Shown piece by piece: positions 56,749-64,000 of a stretch of DNA of 64,000 nt. The stretch lies in the IMG/VR virus record IMGVR_UViG_3300036851_000360, positions 1 to 64,000 of that record. One strand, 5' to 3'. The notes under the pieces are model-generated. The model was not told the DNA's origin. It searched no databases and saw only the letters and a program-made list of their open reading frames with translations. The translations under genes were made by a program, and so were the position numbers. Each line of letters begins with the position of its first letter. Within the stretch, counting starts at the first letter, position 1. The stretch is from a virus.

Positions 56749-57531
56749 ATGCAGCTGTCCGCGTTCGTGCCCCCGCAGCCCGACGGGCACCCCATCGCCG
56801 CCGCGCTTCGTCAAGCTGTTCTCGACCAGTCCAACCTGGCCCCGCGCAGCCTGCAGCGGGCGCTCGGCCCATCCGAGTACGGCGAACCCTGTTCCCGGCG
56901 CCTCGCCTACCGGCTCATGGATGAACCGAAGACAAACACGGACTCCGACCCGTGGGCCAGCATCGTCGGCACCGCCACCCACGCCTGGCTTGCTGACGCG
57001 CTCCTCGCCGACAACGAGCGTTCCGGAGAACTGCGGTGGCTTGTCGAACGTCGCCTCGAGGTCCGCCCCGGGCTCGAAGGGTCCTGCGACGCCTACGACG
57101 TTCGCCGACACGCCGTTGTCGACCACAAGGTCGTCGGCCCCAGCAAGCTACGCGAGTACAAGATCTCCGGCCCATCGGAGCAGTACCGCAAACAGGTCCA
57201 CATCTACGGGAAGGGCTACCGGCGCCTCGGCCTACCCGTCCGTGAAGTTGCGATCGCGTTCTACCCCCGAGCAGGGCAACTGTCCGGGATGCACGTGTGG
57301 TCCGAACCGTTCAACGAGGCCATCGCCGACGAAACCATCGCCCGCGTCGACACCGTGCTGCAGCTCGTCGTCGAGATGGACGTCGAACACCACCCCGAGC
57401 ACTACAAAGCGATCCCACGCCAGCCCGGCCGGAACTGCCTCTACTGCCCGTGGATGCGCCCGGGCCCCGACACCGGCCGCGCATGCCCCGGTGACACCCA
57501 ACTCCCCGCGGCCCCTCCGGCCGTGGCCTGA
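56749..57531 (+). CDS. Cas4-like PD-(D/E)XK exonuclease
   Basis: LGPSEYGEPCSRRL, GTATHAW, GSCD, VVDHK, QVHIYG, CLYCPW...C. Confidence 0.85.
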   Translation: MQLSAFVPPQPDGHPIAAALRQAVLDQSNLAPRSLQRALGPSEYGEPCSRRLAYRLMDEPKTNTDSDPWASIVGTATHAWLADALLADNERSGELRWLVERRLEVRPGLEGSCDAYDVRRHAVVDHKVVGPSKLREYKISGPSEQYRKQVHIYGKGYRRLGLPVREVAIAFYPRAGQLSGMHVWSEPFNEAIADETIARVDTVLQLVVEMDVEHHPEHYKAIPRQPGRNCLYCPWMRPGPDTGRACPGDTQLPAAPPAVA

Positions 57532-57556
57532 GAAACCCGAAACAGGAGACAGGAAC

Positions 57557-58183
57557 ATGGAACTCGGCACCTTCGCGCCCCGCCCCCGTGAAGAGATGGT
57601 CGGCGACCAGCTGCAGGCAAAGGAAGCCATCGGCAAGACGCTCGTCGTGTTCGTCCGCGAACACAAGACCGGCATCAAGACCAAGTTCAACCAGGACCCC
57701 AAGGAGAAGGGCTACAAGCCCGACGGCGGGGACGGAGTCATCGTCGACGTCGCCGACGTCAACACCAACGAGGTATGGATCGACGTGTTGTGGCTCAACG
57801 GGGCTGTGGTGGACAACCTCGCCCCGTACGTCGGGCAGGCCGTCCCCATTGAGCTGGTGTGGACGCCCAGCCAGAAGGGCGGCAACCCGTTCATCGGTGT
57901 TGCAGCCCTCGAGGGTCTCCGACTGCAGACGGCGCAGCAGTGGGCCGCAGCGAACCCCACCCGGTTCGACACCGAGCGGGCGCAGCGTAAGGCTACCGTC
58001 GACGCACACGTCGCACCTGCGGCCGCCGCGCCAGCCCCGCTGCTGACGGTTCCGGTTGCCCCCGCGGCCGCACCCCCGGCCCCTGCTGCACCGGCTCCGG
58101 CTGCGGCGCTCAACCCGAACGACCCAGCAGTCGCGCAGCTCCTCGCACAGCTCCAGGCACAGCAGACGACAGCCGCCTCCTAG
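57557..58183 (+). CDS. Putative ssDNA-binding/recombination accessory protein
   Basis: AGGAGA RBS; beta-rich core and Ala/Pro tail; follows the exonuclease. Confidence 0.55.
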   Translation: MELGTFAPRPREEMVGDQLQAKEAIGKTLVVFVREHKTGIKTKFNQDPKEKGYKPDGGDGVIVDVADVNTNEVWIDVLWLNGAVVDNLAPYVGQAVPIELVWTPSQKGGNPFIGVAALEGLRLQTAQQWAAANPTRFDTERAQRKATVDAHVAPAAAAPAPLLTVPVAPAAAPPAPAAPAPAAALNPNDPAVAQLLAQLQAQQTTAAS

Positions 58184-58288
58184 AACGACGGGCGGTGAGC
58201 CTGCCGCCTCGGCTGCACAAGTCGAGGCGGCGGACTGAACGCCCGTCGCTCCCCAAGCACACACGGGCAGGAACGGAAGAGGTGACCC

Positions 58289-58879
58289 ATGACGCCGAGG
58301 AAGTCCGGCATCCCCACTGAGTATTCCGGGACCACGTTCCGGTCCCGTCTCGAGGCCCGGTGGGCCCGATTTTTCGACGGCATCGGCTGGAACTGGGAGT
58401 ACGAACCGTTCGACGCGGACGGCTACATTCCCGATTTCCTCATCCTCGGCCGCTCCTCTCTCCTCATCGAGATCAAGCCCTACGGCGACCTGAGGATGCT
58501 TGTCGAGGAGGCTGATCGGGTCCGGCCCCTCGTTGGGCTCGGCTGGTCCGGGCACTTCGCGGTGTTCGGTGTCAACCCACTCCTCGACCTGAACGGCTCG
58601 ATGGGGCGTCCTGGACCAGGGGTCTATGTGACCGGCGGATCCGACTGGGGATCACCCGCAAGCGAGTCCGCGCTCGGTTGGACCGACTGTGGCTATGTCA
58701 CGAACTACGGCAGCCACGGGCAGGAATGCGGTGCCATGTCCGTGTTCCACCAGACGGACAGCTACCAGGCGATCCCATGCGGCCACGCAGATGGGGACCA
58801 CCACCTCGGCGAACCTCAACTCAGCTACATCAACACCATCTGGACCGCCGGACGCGACGCGACGAAGTGGTCGGCGTGA
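58289..58879 (+). CDS. PD-(D/E)XK nuclease
   Basis: FRSRLEARWARFFD...WEYEP...YIPDF...IEIKP. Confidence 0.8.
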   Translation: MTPRKSGIPTEYSGTTFRSRLEARWARFFDGIGWNWEYEPFDADGYIPDFLILGRSSLLIEIKPYGDLRMLVEEADRVRPLVGLGWSGHFAVFGVNPLLDLNGSMGRPGPGVYVTGGSDWGSPASESALGWTDCGYVTNYGSHGQECGAMSVFHQTDSYQAIPCGHADGDHHLGEPQLSYINTIWTAGRDATKWSA

Positions 58880-61416
58880 CGAGCGCAGACACCACCTACG
58901 ACGGGGCCCTCGCCTGGTGGGACGCGGGCTGCAGCGTCGTCCGCGTCGCCCTCGACGGCACCAAGCGCCCCGACGGCGTCTGGAAGCAGTACCAGCGCGA
59001 ACGCGCCGACCGCGACACCATCCACCGATGGTTCACCGCCGGCCACTCCGGCGTCGGCATCGTCTGCGGCGCCGTGTCCGGCAACCTCGAAATGCTTGAG
59101 CTCGAGGGCCGCGCCATCACCGAGGGCGTCCTGCAGCAGATGGTCGCCGCGTGTGACCAGCTCGGCGTCGGCGACCTGTGGCGCACCCTCACCACCACCT
59201 GCGCAGAAGCCAGCCCCTCCGGCGGCCTCCACGTCTTCTACCGCGTCCCCGACGGCGTCGCCGGCAACACCAAGCTCGCGCAACGCCTCGCCCACGACGA
59301 CGAGTACACCGCCGAGGAACACGAACTCGCAGCCAAGGGCAAGACCATCGTCCGCGGCCTCATCGAAACCCGCGGCGAAGGCGGCTTCGTCGTCGTCGCC
59401 CCCAGCCACAGCACCGTCCACCCCACCGGCAAGCCCTACACCTTCATCGCCGGCAACCCCGCCACGATCCCCACCATCACCGGGGAACAGCGCGACCTCC
59501 TGCACATCGCCGCCCGAACCTGCGACCAGCTCCCGGCACCCGCAGCCATCCCCGAACCCGTCATCCTCGAGCAGCGCCGCACCGACGGAGGCACCAGCCC
59601 CGGCGACGACTACAACACCCGCGGCTCCTGGGCCGAACTGCTCACCGAACACGGATGGACCCGAGTGTGGGGCGACCACACCCGCACCTACTGGCGCCGC
59701 CCCGGCAAGAACTTCGGCATCTCCGCCGTCACCGGCGGCACCGAAGGTGACTACTTCTACTCCTGGACAACCTCCAGCGTGCTCCCCGCCGAAGAGGCCA
59801 TGTCGAAGTGGCGGGTGTACGCCGTCCTCGAACACGCAGGCGACTTCCACGCCGCAGCCAAGACACTCAAGAGCCGCGGCTACGGGCAGGCCCCACCGCC
59901 GCCCACCCGGCCCGTACTCACCACCGTCCCCATGGGCAGCAGCACCCACACCAACGGCAGCAGCGCCCTCGCCCCGCAGGTTGCAGAACAGGCCTCAAAT
60001 AATATTCCGGCCGACGCCACCCTCGAACGTTCCGACGACGGCAACGCCCTCGCCCTCGTCGACCAGTACGGCACCCGCATCCGGTACTGCCCCGAACGCG
60101 GCCGCTGGCTGCACTGGACCGGGAACCGGTGGGAATGGTGCCCCTCCGGCGGCGGTGTCGTCCGTGAGTACGCCAAGCACATCGCCCGCAGCCTCCCCGA
60201 CGACGACAACGCGGCGATGAAGCACAAGCAGCGCAGCCTCGGCGCCATAGGCACCACGGCCATGCTCATCCAGGCCGCCACCGACCAACGTGTCGTCGTC
60301 GCACTCGACGAGCTCGATGCCCGCCCCTACGAGCTCAACACCCCCGTCGGGATCGTCGACCTTCGCACCGGCGACACCAGCCCTGCCGACCCCACCCACC
60401 TGCACACCCGCATCACTAAAGCCGCACCCGACGCGGACGCAGACCCCAGCAGGTGGCTCACCTTCCTCGCAGACACCTTCGAAGGCCACCAAGAGCTGCC
60501 CGCCTACATGCAGCGCCTCGTCGGCTACTCCGTCACCGGTGTCGTCCGCGACCACGTGCTGCCGTTCCTGTTCGGCGCCGGCGCCAACGGCAAGGGCGTG
60601 TTCCTCGAGACCATGCGTGCCGTCCTCGGCGACTACGCCACGACCGCGCCGTCCGGGTTCCTGATGGCGAAAAACTACGCCGGCCACGAAACCGAGATCG
60701 CCCGTCTCGCCGGAGCGCGCATGGTCGTCTGCTCCGAAATCAACGAAGGCGACCGGTTCGACGAAGCCAAGGTCAAGCAGCTCACCGGCGGAGACGCGCT
60801 GACCGCACGGTTCATGCGGCAAGACCACTTCACGTTCACCCCGACCCACAAGCTGTGGCTGATGGGCAACCACCAGCCCTCCGTCACCTCCGGCGGCCAC
60901 TCGTTCTGGCGGCGGCTGCGGATCGTGCCATTCGTCAACACTGTGCCCGAGGAGAAGCGGGTCGACGACCTGCAGGGAATCCTCGCCACCCAGCACGGCG
61001 GCGCCATCCTGCACTGGATCGTCACCGGCGCTGCGGCCTACTTCACCGACGGTCTCCAGGAACCCGAGTCGGTGCGCGCCGCAACCGAGGAATACGCCAA
61101 CGAGCAGGACACGGTGGCTCGGTTCGTCGCGGACCGATGCCACCTCGGGCCCCGCGAACATCTGCGGATGAAGGTCGGGACCTTGCGGGCGGCCTACGAG
61201 GCATGGTGCTCCGACGAGGGCGACCCAGCGGTGAAACCACGCACGTTCGGCCTGACCCTGCGCACCCGGTTCGGAGTGGAGGCGACCCGGACGAATCGGG
61301 ACCGCTTCTACACCGGCATCGCCCTGCTCGCGGAGCGTGACGAAGAGGAGGGTGACCGGCCCGACGATGCGTCACCCGCACCTGAGAGGCGGGACCTGGC
61401 GTGGGGCCTCGGGTGA
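58876..61416 (+). CDS. Primase-polymerase fused to a D5/P4-type SF3 helicase
   Basis: SPSGGLHVFY, ETRGEGGFVVVAPS; D5_N region; Walker A GAGANGKG; VKQLTGGDALTARFMR; FWRRL. Confidence 0.93.
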   Translation: MTSADTTYDGALAWWDAGCSVVRVALDGTKRPDGVWKQYQRERADRDTIHRWFTAGHSGVGIVCGAVSGNLEMLELEGRAITEGVLQQMVAACDQLGVGDLWRTLTTTCAEASPSGGLHVFYRVPDGVAGNTKLAQRLAHDDEYTAEEHELAAKGKTIVRGLIETRGEGGFVVVAPSHSTVHPTGKPYTFIAGNPATIPTITGEQRDLLHIAARTCDQLPAPAAIPEPVILEQRRTDGGTSPGDDYNTRGSWAELLTEHGWTRVWGDHTRTYWRRPGKNFGISAVTGGTEGDYFYSWTTSSVLPAEEAMSKWRVYAVLEHAGDFHAAAKTLKSRGYGQAPPPPTRPVLTTVPMGSSTHTNGSSALAPQVAEQASNNIPADATLERSDDGNALALVDQYGTRIRYCPERGRWLHWTGNRWEWCPSGGGVVREYAKHIARSLPDDDNAAMKHKQRSLGAIGTTAMLIQAATDQRVVVALDELDARPYELNTPVGIVDLRTGDTSPADPTHLHTRITKAAPDADADPSRWLTFLADTFEGHQELPAYMQRLVGYSVTGVVRDHVLPFLFGAGANGKGVFLETMRAVLGDYATTAPSGFLMAKNYAGHETEIARLAGARMVVCSEINEGDRFDEAKVKQLTGGDALTARFMRQDHFTFTPTHKLWLMGNHQPSVTSGGHSFWRRLRIVPFVNTVPEEKRVDDLQGILATQHGGAILHWIVTGAAAYFTDGLQEPESVRAATEEYANEQDTVARFVADRCHLGPREHLRMKVGTLRAAYEAWCSDEGDPAVKPRTFGLTLRTRFGVEATRTNRDRFYTGIALLAERDEEEGDRPDDASPAPERRDLAWGLG

Positions 61417-61713
61417 CGGATCAGGCGCTTCAATGCGTCACCCCTCGGGGTGACAGAGGTGACGCATCGTTTCAAGATCACGCCGTCGCTTCATGGAGTG
61501 ATCTACGAATCATCCGTCACCAGCGTCATCGAACAGACTGCCCACAGGCCCGGGTGACGCAAGTGACGCAACTTCTGACTTATCAGAGCCGTAGGAATTT
61601 CGGTGACACAGGTGACGCATCGTTTCAAGATCACCCCTCGCGCATGCGCGCAAGGACCCTGATAAGGGAAGTTGCGTCACCTGTGTCACCCCGTCACCGA
61701 GACGAGGTGACAC
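61411..61713. repeat. Candidate replication origin: GGTGAC/GTCACC iteron array
   Basis: 33-bp direct repeats at 61449-61481 and 61602-61634 (1 mismatch); inverted 18-mer at 61673-61690; many GTGAC cores. Confidence 0.72.
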
Positions 61714-61716
61714 ACA

Positions 61717-62169
61717 GTGGTCGCTAACTCGCGACACCTCGTCACCACCACCCCACGACGAACCACCTGCCACCGATGCAAACGCATCGTCCTCGAAGGC
61801 ACCGAGATGGGCGCCCCCTACTGCGTCGACGCCATCCCCCTCAACCTCCCCGGCGAACTCGATGCGCGCCTCAACGGCCGCAACACCTACCGAATCCTCG
61901 CCGGCCGGATCGCCCTCCGCGAACCCGACGACATCGCCGCCGACACCCGCAAAGGACGCCCCCCCGTCTGCGCCACACACAGCTGCGCGCCCATCAACCC
62001 GGCGCACATCGACCCCAACCACGTCGCCACCTTCGCCACCTTGATCGCCGAGACACCCAAACAGACACCAGACGAGACAAACGAGCAACACACCATGTTC
62101 GTCCTCAGCGGCGAGCTCCGCGGAACACGCCTCATCGCAGTCACCGACACCGACCGCCCACCCTTTTAA
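61717..62169 (+). CDS. Hypothetical Zn-binding protein
   Basis: CHRC...HSC motif; follows the origin. Confidence 0.6.
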   Translation: MVANSRHLVTTTPRRTTCHRCKRIVLEGTEMGAPYCVDAIPLNLPGELDARLNGRNTYRILAGRIALREPDDIAADTRKGRPPVCATHSCAPINPAHIDPNHVATFATLIAETPKQTPDETNEQHTMFVLSGELRGTRLIAVTDTDRPPF

Positions 62170-62179
62170 GGAGAACCAG

Positions 62180-62416
62180 ATGCCCCGGCTCACGCCACGC
62201 CAGCACCGCATCCTCACCTACATCCGAGACCACACCCGCGAAGTCGGCTACCCGCCGACCGTCCGCGAGATCGGCGAGCACACGGGGCTGGCCTCCACCG
62301 CCTCCGTGCACCGGCATCTGCTCCGGCTTGAGGAGAAGGGGCTTCTGCGCCGAAGAGCAGCCGGACGTTCCCGTGCCGTCGTCCTCACCAGGCCCACCGC
62401 GCCTGAGGCGGCGTGA
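62180..62416 (+). CDS. LexA DNA-binding domain-only protein
   Basis: [13 protein letters not shown]...[34 protein letters not shown]; no peptidase domain; AAGGAG RBS. Confidence 0.88.
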   Translation: MPRLTPRQHRILTYIRDHTREVGYPPTVREIGEHTGLASTASVHRHLLRLEEKGLLRRRAAGRSRAVVLTRPTAPEAA

Positions 62417-63893
62417 CCGAACCTCAGCCGCTCGGCCGTCTCCTCCCCGGAGTGCTCGCCGACCTTGCCCGACGTCACGGCCACCACCCACCCACCACCC
62501 TCACAGACAGGACACCCATGACCGAGAAGATCCGCATCATCCCGGGGTGGACGCTCCAGGCCCGCTACGACGACGAGCGCCTGCTGCATGTCGAGCCGAG
62601 CCACAACCACGAGGTCTCCATCAAGATCGGCGATCAGGAGGCTGTGTTCGTTGACGGGCTCGACCTCCTCCGCGTCGTGTCGAAGGTCGTGCTTGAAGGG
62701 CTGTATGGGCCGTCGCCGACCGAGACCGATCGGGGTGCCGCGTGAACGCCGCCAACCCCATCGACGTCGACTCGCTACTCGCTTCGCTCGACCCAGCGCT
62801 GGCCGATTCGGGGGAGAACCAGTGGGGCAGCGCGAACCTCGAGAGCTGCGGCGAGTGCCCGTCCTGCGCGCCCGACCCGCTCTACGAGGCCGCGAACCTG
62901 CTGTTCCGGCACCGTCACAACCTCGCCCCCGACGTGCTTCGCACCCTCGCCAGCGTCTGGCAGTGCGGGTCGGCTTCCCGGTACGGCGAACCCCACGAAG
63001 AGTTCTGGGCCGACCAGGACGACTTCTACGCCGGCCACGACGTCGACGAGTGCGAGGCCGAGAACCAGGCAGGTGCCGCGTGATCCGCTGCGCGCGCTGC
63101 AAGCGCTTCACGAGCAACAACGTCGCCCTCCGCGGATTCGACGCGATCAAATCCGCCCACGGTGACTGCAAACGCTGCGGGCCCAAAGTCCCCGTCGATT
63201 GGGAGCACTGGGAGGACTGGGGTTGGTCCGACGATGAGGAAGAGGCGTTCGCCGACCGGCTCATCGCAGCGATCGAGGCAGGTGCCGCGTGAACGCCCTC
63301 GACCGCGCCCAAACCTACGCCGCGATCTTCCTCCAGGCCGGTGACCGCTGGCGCAACTACGTGCCCGTCGACGCAACCGTCACCGGCGACACCGTCCACC
63401 TCCAAGGCATCCGCATGGAACGCGGCAACAACGGGTGGCGGCTCGAAACCAACGACGAGGCGTGGATCGTCCGCGCGAAGGAGACGGCAGCGTGACCGCC
63501 ACAACAGCCACCTACGTTGAGTACGAGCTCCCGGGCGTGTTCGTCGCCGAGCAGGACCGCCGACCCGTCTCCAGCCGGGATCCACGAAAGGCAGCCGAGA
63601 CTGCGCCGCGACAGGCGTTCGCGTTCACCTTCTACGACGTCGTAGTCGCCACCGCCTACGTCGACGACGAGGAGGTCACCACAACCAGCCGGAGCCGGAG
63701 CCGCAGCGGCCGCTATTTCATCGACGGCGAGCAGTTCGACGCCGCTGGAGTCGAGGCGCTCCCGGGGGACCACCACATCTTGCTCGCGAACATGCGCGGC
63801 AACGGGTGGGAGCACGTCGTCCGCTGCCGGACCGGAAACTTCCAGCCGATGCAGCCGGGTGACGAGATTGTCTCGACTGGTGGTGCCGCGTGA
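62413..63893 (+). other. Small coupled hypothetical genes (62413-62745, 62742-63083, 63080-63292, 63289-63495, 63492-63893)
   Basis: GTGA overlaps; four products end in GAA* via the shared GGTGCCGCGTGA junction. Confidence 0.62.
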
Positions 63894-64000
63894 CCGCCCG
63901 GATCTGCTGGTGGTGCGGTCAACTCGACGACCTGCGGCCACACCCCCGCACCGGCGCCCCGCAGCGCTGTCCCTGCAACGCGAACACCGTCACCCCGTTC

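Larger units (their letters stand above)
1..64000. mobile_element. Temperate siphovirus-type actinobacteriophage genome or prophage segment (continues beyond window)
   Basis: Ordered terminase-portal-capsid-tail-lysis-integrase-repressor-replication modules, one copy each; high GC; WhiB gene points to an actinobacterial host. Confidence 0.93.

Noticed and set aside
61401-61727. 108-aa ORF after the primase
   Set aside because: Its VTQVTQ/GDTGDA repeats simply translate the iteron array
1-64000. CRISPR array, tRNA/rRNA genes, reverse transcriptase (DGR/retron)
   Set aside because: No regularly spaced repeat-spacer array, cloverleaf or RT motif was seen by eye; the Cas4-like gene sits in a normal phage recombination context. 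A tRNAscan/Rfam run would be needed to exclude small RNAs.

Overview
High-GC actinobacterial temperate siphophage, read in virion gene order from the small terminase. 1-15.7 kb holds packaging, head and tail genes. 15.7-28 kb holds an unusually rich set of carbohydrate-active tail proteins: two PL7-type lyase modules, a PL6 module, a GH16 module, two further beta-helices and a LamG-like domain. 28-33 kb is a split lysis region containing a class F sortase and its probable substrate. 35.2-46.3 kb is a plasmid/IME-type mobilisation module (MobF/TrwC relaxase-helicase, candidate oriT, VirD4-like coupling protein, membrane proteins, HTH-Nudix protein) with no VirB4 or mating-pore genes. A tyrosine-recombinase remnant then abuts an intact large serine integrase, followed by a repressor/Cro switch and the early/replication region (WhiB, Cas4-like exonuclease, primase-polymerase/D5 helicase with iterons, LexA DNA-binding domain). 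The strongest candidates for new biology are: (1) a phage carrying its own relaxase, coupling protein and oriT, i.e. a possibly conjugatively mobilisable phage; (2) a four-module depolymerase joined in-frame across one TGA to the tail-tip gene, with a PKD-like domain split across that stop; (3) a phage-encoded sortase F/substrate pair; (4) single-gene cassettes bounded by duplicated RBS/stop-start junctions. All family assignments come from motifs read by eye; no database searches were run.
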